Translations under genes and position numbers: made by a program | Origin: a virus | DNA length: 41,247 nucleotides | Strand: one strand, 5' to 3' | Virus record (IMG/VR): IMGVR_UViG_3300025867_000675 | The notes under the pieces: generated by a model | What the model was told of the DNA's origin: nothing | What the model saw: the letters and a program-made list of their open reading frames with translations, nothing else | Database searches by the model: none | Part shown: one piece after another, positions 18,137-27,475 of the stretch | How the letters are laid out: each line of letters opens with the position of its first letter | Numbering within the stretch: the stretch's first letter is position 1

Positions 18137-18264
18137 GCATCGTCCAAACAATCTGGTGCGCACTGTTCCACAGGAAGCACCATCACTCCGTGTGCCAAGG
18201 CTACCCTGGCTGGATCCTGTACAAGTGCAGCAAGTGTGACCGCACGTTCTGGAGGCAAGTATGA
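18133..18264 (+). CDS. small Cys/His zinc-finger-like protein (43 aa)
   Basis: ATGA overlap; C-terminal segment of ORF 17728..18264 whose N-terminus is junk. Confidence 0.4.
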   Translation: MSIVQTIWCALFHRKHHHSVCQGYPGWILYKCSKCDRTFWRQV

Positions 18265-18533
18265 GCAAAAGTACGAGCAATCAATCAGACCCATTCGTAG
18301 AAGTGCGCGAAGGAGCAGGATCAACCTGCCGCGACACAACCCCTGAAGAGCTCGCTGCGTCCGAGAGCTTGAAGAAGCAGATCGCCGACGCTCGCGCCGA
18401 ACTAGAAAAAGCGGAGAGCAAGCTTAAGGAGCTGGAGCAGGGATGCCAGCACATCGTGCGAGTCGACACCGCAGGTTGGCCCTACGACCTGCGCCACTGC
18501 CACGCTTGCGGAGAGCTTTTAGGAAGCATATAG
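18261..18533 (+). CDS. hypothetical coiled-coil/Cys protein
   Basis: ATGA overlap. Confidence 0.55.
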   Translation: MSKSTSNQSDPFVEVREGAGSTCRDTTPEELAASESLKKQIADARAELEKAESKLKELEQGCQHIVRVDTAGWPYDLRHCHACGELLGSI

Positions 18534-18534
18534 C

Positions 18535-18921
18535 ATGGAAACCACCATCAAAATCGAGCTGCCCCTCAACCGCGTCCCGCGCAACGACAAGTTCCGCCAC
18601 CTGCTGCCACTGAAGACCCGCTTGACTGACTGGCTCTTCTATCACACCTGCTGTGGCATCGGTGAGTTTGGCGGCTCGCGCATGAATCGCACCCACCGCT
18701 TCTACCTGTTCCGCTACCGCATCCTCACGATACACCGCAATCAGTACCACGATCGCAGCGACAAGGAACGCGCTGACGAGTATCTGAAGAAGTGGTCCGA
18801 GTGCGAGAAGGAGCTGAAGATGTTCAGACTCGCTGCTCTCGGAGAGGGAGTCGCTGACGACGTCAAGAAGGTAATCCGCGAATCGTGGGGTGTGGACCTG
18901 GATGAAGGAACGGTACGATGA
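18535..18921 (+). CDS. hypothetical protein
   Basis: ORF track. Confidence 0.6.
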   Translation: METTIKIELPLNRVPRNDKFRHLLPLKTRLTDWLFYHTCCGIGEFGGSRMNRTHRFYLFRYRILTIHRNQYHDRSDKERADEYLKKWSECEKELKMFRLAALGEGVADDVKKVIRESWGVDLDEGTVR

Positions 18922-19028
18922 AGATTAAACCAAGCTACGAAGCAGCCATGCTGGTCGCGACGTGCGGCATGATCCTAGTTGGGCTTGTGGTAATCGCCTG
19001 CGTGACAAGCTTGATGCTGTCAAAATGA
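18918..19028 (+). CDS. small membrane protein (36 aa)
   Basis: ATGA overlap; MLVATCGMILVGLVVIACV. Confidence 0.35.
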   Translation: MKIKPSYEAAMLVATCGMILVGLVVIACVTSLMLSK

Positions 19029-19351
19029 GCCCATCAACGCTAATCAAGCATGGTGACCGCAAGATCCTCGTGATCTTCTCGTGCACCACGCACTACAAGC
19101 GCGATACGCTCGGTAGACGGATCAGAGGCACGGATCGATCTGGTCCTTGCGAAAAGATCTTGGTTGGCTGGTACGATCCCAAGGTTCTTCACGTAAAGCA
19201 TCGCGAATACGCACCTCCAATGGGAGCGCAGGAAGCAGCGCGTAAATTCATCGAAGACGAAAGCCATGAGCAAATTCGAGCAAATCAGCGGGATGATGTG
19301 GAGCCTGATGGAGCCAGATCCTCGCTACAACCGACAGACGGAGCCAACTGA
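19025..19351 (+). CDS. hypothetical protein
   Basis: ATGA overlap; internal ATG of ORF 18962..19351. Confidence 0.45.
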   Translation: MSPSTLIKHGDRKILVIFSCTTHYKRDTLGRRIRGTDRSGPCEKILVGWYDPKVLHVKHREYAPPMGAQEAARKFIEDESHEQIRANQRDDVEPDGARSSLQPTDGAN

Positions 19352-19517
19352 TTGCACCGTCATAACCGTTGAGATCGAGAGCGACCGCGAGCGCGTCTGG
19401 TTCAGCCACCCGCTGCGCAAGCTAACGACAAACGAGCGCAGTCAGCTCACCCAGATCCTTGTGGACAACGGGGTGGAGCTGACTGTCGCAAGAAGAGAGG
19501 AGATTGACAGACTATGA
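19266..19517 (+). CDS. hypothetical protein (start uncertain; 86-nt overlap with previous)
   Basis: ORF track. Confidence 0.45.
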   Translation: MSKFEQISGMMWSLMEPDPRYNRQTEPTDCTVITVEIESDRERVWFSHPLRKLTTNERSQLTQILVDNGVELTVARREEIDRL

Positions 19518-19813
19518 TGCTTTTCAACCCACACCATGCTAGCGTCGATGGAGCCTGCATCGTCTGCCGTCAGAAGACCCAAGTGAACCACCTGACCAGC
19601 ATCTGCGTTCAGTGCTCCTTGGTTGTAACCATCCCAAATGAGGTCAAGGAAAAGCTAGACCGGCTCCACCGCTATCTTGACGAGCTCGACCACGGCGTGA
19701 CGCACACCGCATCGTACAAGCGCCGAATGGGAGACGCACAAAATGCCATTTCCACATGGAGGGAAGAGTACAGCCGCACCGCGGCCGAATGGAAGGAGCA
19801 CCCGAGTCTATGA
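19514..19813 (+). CDS. hypothetical Cys-rich protein
   Basis: ATGA overlap. Confidence 0.55.
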   Translation: MMLFNPHHASVDGACIVCRQKTQVNHLTSICVQCSLVVTIPNEVKEKLDRLHRYLDELDHGVTHTASYKRRMGDAQNAISTWREEYSRTAAEWKEHPSL

Positions 19814-20187
19814 AGCCAGATCTCAGCCTAAACAGCAGCACCGTGGTAACGGACTTCTCGCTGCACCTGCTACCTGTGATGATGGATGCAGTAGCTGAGT
19901 ACGGAAATCCTAACGTGGTTGTGGTTGACCAACCCACCGAGAAGATGCGCGGCCAGCCAGGTGGAAGTCTTCATTGCAATGGACACTTTGATCTCGCGGA
20001 TTTCTGGACGATCTACCACCGGCTCGCGCTTACAAAGTACGTCCACGTGGTGAATCACCGCACGAGTGACAACCTGCTCATTAGGAGTTATTTCAGAGGA
20101 GCGTTCAGCTTCAAGCTGACCGACGAGCAAGAAAATACTTTGCGGCTCATCCTTGAGGCCCGAGATGCAGAGAAATCAAGCCTATGA
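19810..20187 (+). CDS. hypothetical protein
   Basis: ATGA overlap; internal ATG of ORF 19756..20187. Confidence 0.55.
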   Translation: MKPDLSLNSSTVVTDFSLHLLPVMMDAVAEYGNPNVVVVDQPTEKMRGQPGGSLHCNGHFDLADFWTIYHRLALTKYVHVVNHRTSDNLLIRSYFRGAFSFKLTDEQENTLRLILEARDAEKSSL

Positions 20188-20540
20188 ACGTTGACCACCT
20201 CTTAATCGGCATCCTGATCGGCGTCCTAGTAGGAATGTGGCTTGCAAACGCGACGTGCACGTCTCGCAAGAAGCGGCCAGAGCGGACGTACCAGGACGAC
20301 CTGAACGACGCCGCTGAGAAAGGACCTGACAGGCAGCCCATCATGCCAAAGCCCGGCGAGACCTGGAGGCCAAAGACTGGCGGAGGTTGCGACATTCAAG
20401 TCCTGGACACCGACGACTTCTCAGTTAGGCTTGCGATCAACGGCAAACCAGCAGGGATGCGCTCCAAGCGCGGGTTCATGAAAAACTATCGCCGCATCCT
20501 CACCGTGGACGACATCTCAAACTCTCTTAAACCGAAATGA
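20184..20540 (+). CDS. N-terminally membrane-anchored protein
   Basis: ATGA overlap; LLIGILIGVLVGMWLA. Confidence 0.55.
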   Translation: MNVDHLLIGILIGVLVGMWLANATCTSRKKRPERTYQDDLNDAAEKGPDRQPIMPKPGETWRPKTGGGCDIQVLDTDDFSVRLAINGKPAGMRSKRGFMKNYRRILTVDDISNSLKPK

Positions 20541-20740
20541 AAATCTTGCTCATATTCCTAGCCTCGTATACCCTCTGGCTAGTTCTGTTTCTGGCCTACT
20601 TCAAGGAAGAGCTGCACCGGGTGCTCCCACAGCGCCGCCACAAGGTCTCGTTCCTCCTGCTGTCACCGTTCCTGTGCTTCGCCGTTGGGGTGCTTGGAAT
20701 CTTGTTCGCTTTATATAGGGCAGTAAGATGCATACGATAA
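20537..20740 (+). CDS. small 2-TM membrane protein (holin-like topology)
   Basis: ATGA overlap; two hydrophobic helices, basic C-terminus. Confidence 0.5.
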   Translation: MKILLIFLASYTLWLVLFLAYFKEELHRVLPQRRHKVSFLLLSPFLCFAVGVLGILFALYRAVRCIR

Positions 20741-20994
20741 ACATTGAGGCCGTTGAGGCAGGGTTGCGAGAGCAGATGCGCGGGTTTATCGGACTCAGCG
20801 CCTCTCAGGATACGCTGCGCCATGTTCGCATCATTGTCGACGAGTTCCTCAAGAGACGCCATTCTGGCTACGAGAGTCACTTCGTAGCGGTCGGGATCGA
20901 CACCCTTGACAACACCAAGCTCCACGTCATTCCGCAACCCCACGCACCACCCTGGGTTCACGAGATCTTTGACCGAATCTACGACCTTAGTTAG
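20728..20994 (+). CDS. hypothetical protein
   Basis: ORF track. Confidence 0.55.
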   Translation: MHTINIEAVEAGLREQMRGFIGLSASQDTLRHVRIIVDEFLKRRHSGYESHFVAVGIDTLDNTKLHVIPQPHAPPWVHEIFDRIYDLS

Positions 20995-20999
20995 GTCGT

Positions 21000-21434
21000 A
21001 TGATGACCAGCTCTGAATTGGACAGCTTCATTGGGCGCGAGCTGAACTACCCTGACAGCCAGGTGGTCGACGCCAAGTACTCACTCATCGACAAGGACTG
21101 CTTCTTCGACGAGTGCGCGCGCATCCTACAGACCGATCTCTTCTCATTCCGCGCCCGCTATCGGAAGGAAGTCTTCGACTGCGACGACTTCGCGCTCCTG
21201 ACTGTCGCCATCCTTCGCCTCGCTTACGCCAACACCAAGGATCGCCCAGAGGGCACCGCACTCGCGGTCGGCTACATGTTTTACGAGTCTGAGCAGGGAC
21301 CGCACGCCATCATCTTCGCCGTCTGTCGAAGCAAGTCAGGCGAGCGCGAGCTGGTGTTCATGGAGCCGCAAACTCAACTCGAGATAACCCTCACCAAAGA
21401 TGAAAAAGCTTCTACTCGTTTCTATTACGTTTAG
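21000..21434 (+). CDS. hypothetical protein; possible Cys-His (papain/transglutaminase-like) fold (FDCDDFA … GPHAI)
   Basis: ORF track; weak motif resemblance only. Confidence 0.55.
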   Translation: MMTSSELDSFIGRELNYPDSQVVDAKYSLIDKDCFFDECARILQTDLFSFRARYRKEVFDCDDFALLTVAILRLAYANTKDRPEGTALAVGYMFYESEQGPHAIIFAVCRSKSGERELVFMEPQTQLEITLTKDEKASTRFYYV

Positions 21435-21522
21435 CCTCTTGGTCCTGGCGGGATGCAAGACCAGAGAGCCGGTCCAGACCTACCCGGTCGCGCTCCCTCA
21501 GATCAAGCTGAGCGAACCGTAG
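21400..21522 (+). CDS. small Pro-rich lipoprotein (40 aa), overlapping end of previous gene in a different frame
   Basis: signal peptide + lipobox LVLAGC; spanin-Rz1-like architecture. Confidence 0.4.
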   Translation: MKKLLLVSITFSLLVLAGCKTREPVQTYPVALPQIKLSEP

Positions 21523-21529
21523 TTAGCGC

Positions 21530-21829
21530 ATGAATAACGCTGCGCGCGCTGCTAAACTGATCGGTGCTCTTCTCGAAGACGAATTTCATCCTGACGAGTT
21601 CGGTCAGTACGCCGACCTGGCTCGCGAAAAGTCTAAGAGCGGAAAAGCCGATGTCTCGCTCCCTCCCATGCAGTCTGACGGCGAGATTGCCGACGATCTT
21701 CTCCAGGTTGCTGAGCGCCTGACTGGGCTGTCTAACCGCGTCAGGTCGAATCCCCGCGTCCAAGCCCTGTTGCAACAAGCGCTTGATGCCGCCGATGAAG
21801 CCTGCGAGATCCTCGATAACGAGCTTTAA
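21530..21829 (+). CDS. hypothetical acidic protein
   Basis: ORF track. Confidence 0.55.
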   Translation: MNNAARAAKLIGALLEDEFHPDEFGQYADLAREKSKSGKADVSLPPMQSDGEIADDLLQVAERLTGLSNRVRSNPRVQALLQQALDAADEACEILDNEL

Positions 21830-21832
21830 CCC

Positions 21833-23035
21833 ATGAACTACCTCGACAACTCTGCCCCAAAAGGAACGCACTGCCTGTACAAAGTGGTCGCCACCGCAGG
21901 CGCAGGTGGAACTGGAGCGCAAAGCGCTGATTCGAACATCGTCGACCTGCTCACCACACCTGCGGCTCCGCTCACGTGCCAGGCAAACGGGACTATCACG
22001 GATGGAGCAACTTCAGGACCCATGGACATTCAGTGGCCTCCATCTTCATCGCCTGTGGTCGAGCTGTACCGCGTGCTTGAGGGGACCACAACTGGAGGTC
22101 CTTACACCGAAGTCGCTACTGTCCCAGCCGGAGACAGCCTGCATGTCGTTCTCTCGCGCCCTCTTGGAACATACTTCTATGTCGTCGTAGCGCATAACGC
22201 TTCTGGTGACTCCACTTACTCTCAGGAGTCATCCTCGAGTATCATAAATGGCGGGTTCTCAGGCGGATCAGTTCCAGCTCTGACCGCCGTAATGGGACCG
22301 AACGGACACCCTGTCCTCACGTGGACTGGAGTTGAAGATGCCACTGGCTACAAGCTTCGCATTTGTGATCCTGGCCTGAACCAAGATTGGGACGAGACGC
22401 TGAACGACGGAGAGGGAGGAATTGTCTACACCCAGATTCCGTACAGTGTCGGTGCAGAATCCGCGGTTGGAGAGTTTGACGCTACTGACCGCACTTACTA
22501 CGACTCTGCCACGTCACGGTGGACTGACGACGGCACGGACCGCAAGGTCTGGTACCGCATCTGCGCCGTGAGAGAAGGTTTCGAAGACGAGTACTGCGCG
22601 CCAGTCGAGCTTGACATCGCTCCCTTGCAGTACGGACTTGACGCCCCAGTTATTACAGTCCAGCGCTTAGATCCTGCGCTCAACGGCGGACGCCACTTCC
22701 TCATCAGCTGGCCTGTGGTTGACGGAGCGACATACTATACGGGTCAGAGGTTCACATCTGGTGGAAGCATGCCGCTCACTTCACAAGGAACAGGAGCGGC
22801 GACAAACCAGAACGTCATCGATGGCGCGGACAACGACCTTGAATCTGCTGGTGGTGGAGCGTGGGTTGTTTCACAAACGCCTGATGGGATGTGCCATGTC
22901 TACACCGCAAGCGGATCCAGCATGACGAGTGGAACAGGAATTGGAGACGAATTCTGGGTATTTGCATGGAACGGGAACCTGAAGAGCCATTCGTCAAACC
23001 GCATTGACGGCTGGGCACTCCCGCCTCTCACCTAA
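21833..23035 (+). CDS. multi-domain fibronectin-type-III / Ig-like repeat protein
   Basis: repeated FN3-like signatures (YRV…TGGPYTEVATV…YFYVVVAHNASGDS). Confidence 0.65.
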   Translation: MNYLDNSAPKGTHCLYKVVATAGAGGTGAQSADSNIVDLLTTPAAPLTCQANGTITDGATSGPMDIQWPPSSSPVVELYRVLEGTTTGGPYTEVATVPAGDSLHVVLSRPLGTYFYVVVAHNASGDSTYSQESSSSIINGGFSGGSVPALTAVMGPNGHPVLTWTGVEDATGYKLRICDPGLNQDWDETLNDGEGGIVYTQIPYSVGAESAVGEFDATDRTYYDSATSRWTDDGTDRKVWYRICAVREGFEDEYCAPVELDIAPLQYGLDAPVITVQRLDPALNGGRHFLISWPVVDGATYYTGQRFTSGGSMPLTSQGTGAATNQNVIDGADNDLESAGGGAWVVSQTPDGMCHVYTASGSSMTSGTGIGDEFWVFAWNGNLKSHSSNRIDGWALPPLT

Positions 23036-23088
23036 AAATAGTTGCAAAAAAGTGTTTACAAATTTCCGTGGCGTGATATAGTCGTGCC
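23034..23088 (+). promoter_or_regulatory. promoter copy 2 (-35 TTTACA 23055-23060; TGaTATAGT, -10 23077-23082)
   Basis: near-identical to copy 1; ATG 6 nt after -10. Confidence 0.8.
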
Positions 23089-23346
23089 ATGGTTACGAAA
23101 AACTCTATCACGCTGAACGAAGCGCTTGACGCTGGTTTCATCGGCGACGACTGCTACGTCACATACGACATCGTTCGTCCTGACGGTAGCCGCTGCGGTC
23201 AAGCTCAGTTCCACTACGACACAACCACCTGCGGTTTCTACGCGGGCCAGCTGTTCCGGAACGAAGACGGCAGCATCAAGACGGTCATCCTCGGCGAGGA
23301 TGGAGTGAACGCTGTGTTGGTCAAATCCGCTAACCCCCTGAAATAA
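23089..23346 (+). CDS. hypothetical protein
   Basis: leaderless start at promoter copy 2. Confidence 0.6.
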   Translation: MVTKNSITLNEALDAGFIGDDCYVTYDIVRPDGSRCGQAQFHYDTTTCGFYAGQLFRNEDGSIKTVILGEDGVNAVLVKSANPLK

Positions 23347-23348
23347 CC

Positions 23349-23783
23349 ATGAAACTCGTATCTTTAAATGGCAGAGAGCTCAAGGTCGGTTCGCGCGTGA
23401 TGGCCGATTTTGGCGGTGGCACCGCCTGCAATATCGTCTCAATCGACGGTTCAAACATCGGGATCGAAACTGTCCGCGGTGGCGCTGACTACGGCGCGTG
23501 GGACCACATCGAGCCAGAGCAGATCGGCGCCAAGTGGGTGGTAACCGGAGAAGACACCTGTGGCAAGTGCGTTACGACCTCTGAATACGTTTTGGCCGCG
23601 TGGTTCTCAGACGAGAATGCGCAGTTCAGGTTTCACTGCTCGCTTCCGAAAAGCCTCAAGGCTTACCGGACGCGCTGCGCCAAATACAAAAAGTCGCGGT
23701 TCGGCGTCGCGGTTAGCGCTGACGAACCCAACGCCAAGCGCATCACTGAGTTCCGCAAAATCGTGGAGGCGCTGAACAAATGA
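23349..23783 (+). CDS. hypothetical protein
   Basis: ORF track. Confidence 0.6.
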   Translation: MKLVSLNGRELKVGSRVMADFGGGTACNIVSIDGSNIGIETVRGGADYGAWDHIEPEQIGAKWVVTGEDTCGKCVTTSEYVLAAWFSDENAQFRFHCSLPKSLKAYRTRCAKYKKSRFGVAVSADEPNAKRITEFRKIVEALNK

Positions 23784-24115
23784 ACAACAAACCAGCAACC
23801 CACGCGGACGTAATCAAGGTGCTTAAAGGGCTGATTGAAGCTCAGGCCAAGGGAGAGAAGATCTACGCTTACATCCCAGTAACCTTCATCGTCAACAACG
23901 TCGAGATGAACAGCTGGATTCCTGTTGATCCTGCGAGATACATCGAGCTCTTGCAGTGCTGCGACGCCGAGACCAAGTATGCCTGCCACGTCGAGATCGA
24001 GCCTGACGGCGAAGTCTTCTTCCACCCGCATGCTGCGAACTTCGGCATCGACGACCAGCGTGCCTTCTTCCACCCGCATGACGCGAACGCCCAACCTACC
24101 GAGTTATGGCAATGA
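23780..24115 (+). CDS. hypothetical protein
   Basis: ATGA overlap. Confidence 0.55.
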   Translation: MNNKPATHADVIKVLKGLIEAQAKGEKIYAYIPVTFIVNNVEMNSWIPVDPARYIELLQCCDAETKYACHVEIEPDGEVFFHPHAANFGIDDQRAFFHPHDANAQPTELWQ

Positions 24116-24297
24116 AACAGCAATTCGTAGTGTTCAACACGGTAACCAAGCGCTACGTCGGCAAGAGGCAGGCGCCAAACGCCCGCAACGTCGACGATGC
24201 GAAGAAGTTCGCAACATCTGACGAAGCCGCGACCAAGTGCCGCGAGCTGACAAACGAGACGGGTCAACCACACTCAGTCGAAACCATTTACCAATAG
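24106..24297 (+). CDS. small hypothetical protein
   Basis: ORF track. Confidence 0.5.
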   Translation: MAMKQQFVVFNTVTKRYVGKRQAPNARNVDDAKKFATSDEAATKCRELTNETGQPHSVETIYQ

Positions 24298-24711
24298 ATG
24301 AAAACAGACCTCTTTACACTGAAGCAGATCGCCTACCGCGCCGGTCTCTACAGGCGCGACAACGAGCCAGTTCCGGCCCACATGGTCAACGAGCTTCTTG
24401 ACGCGATCTCGAACCTGGGACCGACGTCGGTCGACCTCACACCCGCCCAGTTTATCGAGTTCCTGTGCAGCAGGGACTTCGTTATCGCGTTTTCCGATCG
24501 CGATGGAGGAAACGGCGAGCTATGCGACGGCATCACCAACTTCAAGATGTCCAAGCACGGGAAGGTCGAGATCTTCGAGAGACTTCCGAATCGCATTGAG
24601 GTAGAGATCGCGGGTGAGAAGGTCACAATCTCATCAGACAACCGCCTGGAAGACGAGGACGTCAAGGACATCCTTTCGAATCCCATGGCTTACATCGACG
24701 GTGGCGAATGA
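24298..24711 (+). CDS. hypothetical protein
   Basis: ORF track. Confidence 0.6.
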   Translation: MKTDLFTLKQIAYRAGLYRRDNEPVPAHMVNELLDAISNLGPTSVDLTPAQFIEFLCSRDFVIAFSDRDGGNGELCDGITNFKMSKHGKVEIFERLPNRIEVEIAGEKVTISSDNRLEDEDVKDILSNPMAYIDGGE

Positions 24712-25031
24712 ACTTCTTCGAGAAACATGACGCTATCGCCCTTTACGGGCTGGCGGTATTCCCGCGGATCACACTGCTGATCGGGTCGTTCGCGACTGGC
24801 GGCGCACTCTGGTGGCTCACTTGGCTAATTGCCCCTCATGTCCTCGTGGCAATACTGGCGATTCCGTTCTTTGGCGATCACCCGATACTCGTCACATACG
24901 CCTGGGTCTGCGCCTTCTACGGCACAAGCGGCGAGCACAAAGCAGTGAACGTGATTAAAGGCGCTCACAAGAAACGCCAACTTAGAAAAGCAATTCAGAA
25001 ACTTGCAAAACAGGGCCATGCGAAAAACTGA
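24708..25031 (+). CDS. membrane protein
   Basis: ATGA overlap; multiple TM helices. Confidence 0.55.
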   Translation: MNFFEKHDAIALYGLAVFPRITLLIGSFATGGALWWLTWLIAPHVLVAILAIPFFGDHPILVTYAWVCAFYGTSGEHKAVNVIKGAHKKRQLRKAIQKLAKQGHAKN

Positions 25032-25296
25032 ACAAAAGCAATACTACTCGTATGACGGCGCGAGCAGCGAGGTAACGCACCGCGCTGGGTCTCTTGAAGA
25101 GCTACTGGAAAAGATCTTGAAAAGCGCGGGTAAAGAGTGGACCCGACTCAAGGTCAGCGGGTGGGTCAAAGGCGACCCAAGCTCAGAGCCTCTCTGCTTT
25201 TTTGTAAAAAGCGTCCACTCAGCTGACGACAGCGCGAGGCAGCTGAAGCTGGCCACCGTGCAGCGCGCAGCAAAACAATTGAAAATACTCGAATAG
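25003..25296 (+). CDS. hypothetical protein (alt. start 25018)
   Basis: ORF track. Confidence 0.5.
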   Translation: MQNRAMRKTEQKQYYSYDGASSEVTHRAGSLEELLEKILKSAGKEWTRLKVSGWVKGDPSSEPLCFFVKSVHSADDSARQLKLATVQRAAKQLKILE

Positions 25297-25299
25297 CTT

Positions 25300-25866
25300 A
25301 TGTGGATCAAATGGAAATATAATGATCACGGCCACCCTGACTTCAAAGAGCTGGAGATTCCAGACGATCTTGACGGGTGGGAAACAGTTGAAGAGTGGAT
25401 CTGTGAGCGAGGTCTCGTGCCTCAATACAGCGAACGGTTCAGCACATCACGGATCAAGTGGGAGAAGCTTGAGCTGACCACTGAGGAGCTTAAAACGCGT
25501 AGGATCGCAGGGCTTGAGGCGTGCATCGCGAGCCACGAGAGCGCTTTGAAAGAAGCGAGGAGCCAGCTGGCTGAGCTGAAACCGGCAAAACTGGTCTCAT
25601 TCAGCAACCTGCCGCTTGGCACCCGGTTTCGCTACCCAGGCAGCGACCGAGTCTACACCATACTCGAGCAGAGACGCCACCGCAAAGACAGCGAGCCGTG
25701 CCACGGCGTGGTCGCAGTGTGGGAGCCAAACATGGTGGACAAGGTGAATGAGACCTTCGATCCGCAACACCCGCACGTTGGCCGCTGGCATGGACAAAAC
25801 ATCTTCAGGCACGCTCCTGTTGAATGCGGCGGCGATTGCCCAGACATGGTTGAACCGATCGACTAG
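25300..25866 (+). CDS. hypothetical protein
   Basis: ORF track. Confidence 0.6.
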   Translation: MWIKWKYNDHGHPDFKELEIPDDLDGWETVEEWICERGLVPQYSERFSTSRIKWEKLELTTEELKTRRIAGLEACIASHESALKEARSQLAELKPAKLVSFSNLPLGTRFRYPGSDRVYTILEQRRHRKDSEPCHGVVAVWEPNMVDKVNETFDPQHPHVGRWHGQNIFRHAPVECGGDCPDMVEPID

Positions 25867-25867
25867 C

Positions 25868-26206
25868 ATGAAGACAAAGATATTTTACAAAGTGCGCCGC
25901 AAGGACGGGAAATACTACAACCCGTCGAAACCAGGAAACCGAGTTGACCCTGCGTTCGACGACAAGGGGAAGCCATACGCCTCGTTCAAGCATGCGCAGC
26001 GAGCTCAGGAATTCTGCGCGTCTGCGGTAAACAACCACTGGGTCCCTGCCGTACCAAAGACGCCGGTCGAGACTGACATCATCAAGTTCTCGTTTGAAAT
26101 CAAAGAGATTGGCGTGGTCACAGAGAAGATGCTGAAATGCTTGCATAAGCACAAGAAAGCAAGCAGCGACACCATCTGGTGCGAAGACTGCGGAAAGGCT
26201 TGGTAA
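25868..26206 (+). CDS. hypothetical protein
   Basis: internal ATG of ORF 25748..26206 right after upstream stop. Confidence 0.55.
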   Translation: MKTKIFYKVRRKDGKYYNPSKPGNRVDPAFDDKGKPYASFKHAQRAQEFCASAVNNHWVPAVPKTPVETDIIKFSFEIKEIGVVTEKMLKCLHKHKKASSDTIWCEDCGKAW

Positions 26207-26209
26207 ACC

Positions 26210-26455
26210 ATGAAACTGAACCCCACACTCCGCCATTACATCTGGAACTTCTTGATGTTCGCCATGCTGCTCCTGGCGCTCCCGCTGTTTTACTGCGTGG
26301 TAGTGCTTCCAACCCACGTCCTCACCTCTTACATCGCGCTCGTAGCGTCAGCAGTCGGTGTGCTTGCGGCGTTCACCGCATTTTACGAGCGATACCGCGT
26401 CTACAAATTGAACGAAGCCAGGCGAGCCCGCAAGCGCCGTTCTGCTCTGAAATGA
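26210..26455 (+). CDS. membrane protein
   Basis: ORF track. Confidence 0.55.
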   Translation: MKLNPTLRHYIWNFLMFAMLLLALPLFYCVVVLPTHVLTSYIALVASAVGVLAAFTAFYERYRVYKLNEARRARKRRSALK

Positions 26456-26604
26456 AGACAAATGGCAAAGGCGACGACTGGCGCAAATCAACCGACTTTA
26501 AGGCGTATCGCGACAGATTCCCCAAATCGATGGGGCCGAAGCCACAACCGAAACAAAAAGTCCGAGTAACCCGTAATGAAAGCAACGTTCCAAAAAATCC
26601 CTAA
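26452..26604 (+). CDS. small basic protein (50 aa)
   Basis: ATGA overlap; C-terminal part of ORF 26179..26604. Confidence 0.35.
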   Translation: MKTNGKGDDWRKSTDFKAYRDRFPKSMGPKPQPKQKVRVTRNESNVPKNP

Positions 26605-26908
26605 ACCCACTGGAAACGCCGGCGTAGGTCGGCTGCATCACCACGAAATCAAGGTCAAAGGCAAGAAGTGCGGCACGATCACCTTTGACGGCCAAGACAA
26701 CGCCAACCCCAAGGGCACCAACAAGTGGATCATCCGGCTCACAACCGTTGACCCGACTGCCCCGTGCGGATGGCGCTGGGTGACGATGCGCACCCGGTTC
26801 GACAACGACAACCTGGCCAAGAACTTCGTCGAGGAGAGCCTTGGCACGATCAACCGGGAGTACAAGCTCCACTTCATCCACGAGGGCCCGCAGCAACAAG
26901 CAGCATAA
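26576..26908 (+). CDS. hypothetical protein
   Basis: ORF track. Confidence 0.55.
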   Translation: MKATFQKIPKPTGNAGVGRLHHHEIKVKGKKCGTITFDGQDNANPKGTNKWIIRLTTVDPTAPCGWRWVTMRTRFDNDNLAKNFVEESLGTINREYKLHFIHEGPQQQAA

Positions 26909-26914
26909 ATCTGT

Positions 26915-27475
26915 ATGGAAACATTCCCGCCTAATCCCGGCTCCCCTAAACCAATCCTGGGAGCAGCGTTCACTGCCGAGAAGTATGATCCAGCTCCTCC
27001 GACTGCGGCTGTTCCTCGCAAGGAGTTCAAGAGCTCTGATGGGTTCACCTTCGACGAGCTTGTCGAGCGCCGGCGCATCGCGGAGAAGGTCCAGCGCGAA
27101 GCCTACGAGCATCTGCAGCAGAAGATTAGCGAGCTGACGCCCGCCCAGTCTGCGCTCGCCGTGGCATGCCACAACGTGGTTCGGGAGGGAGTGTACATGC
27201 ACCGCTGGATGAAGCAGTACGAGGCCCAGGAAGCGCAGCCGTGCCAATCATGCGGCTGCACGCCCGCCGAGAAGAATCCAGGCGAGTGCCCGCGCTGCTA
27301 CGCCGAAGACCAGCTCCAGTTAGCCACCGCCATGCCAGACTGCCTCGCTGCGACGTTCAATGTTGCCCACGAATACATCGGTCATTTGAAAGGGGTTAGC
27401 GTCTCTGGCGCTGACCGAATCGCCGCTCAGGCGATGGTCGAAGCATTAACCAAATTCCTAGACGGACGCTCATGA
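26915..27475 (+). CDS. hypothetical Cys-containing protein
   Basis: ORF track. Confidence 0.6.
   Translation: METFPPNPGSPKPILGAAFTAEKYDPAPPTAAVPRKEFKSSDGFTFDELVERRRIAEKVQREAYEHLQQKISELTPAQSALAVACHNVVREGVYMHRWMKQYEAQEAQPCQSCGCTPAEKNPGECPRCYAEDQLQLATAMPDCLAATFNVAHEYIGHLKGVSVSGADRIAAQAMVEALTKFLDGRS

Noticed and set aside
17728-18264. 178-aa + ORF treated as one gene
   Set aside because: Its N-terminal two thirds are Arg/His-rich out-of-frame junk overlapping the convincing 17843..18136 gene. Only the C-terminal 43-aa segment from ATG 18133 is retained.
19266-19351. Possible +1 frameshift joining 19025..19351 and 19266..19517
   Set aside because: Both frames look protein-like across the 86-nt overlap and the downstream ORF has its own ATG. 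They are kept as overlapping genes with uncertain start.
26498-27247. 249-aa ORF on the minus strand
   Set aside because: Arg/Leu/Gly-rich antisense-type composition. It fully overlaps well-formed + strand genes in a region where every supported gene is on +.
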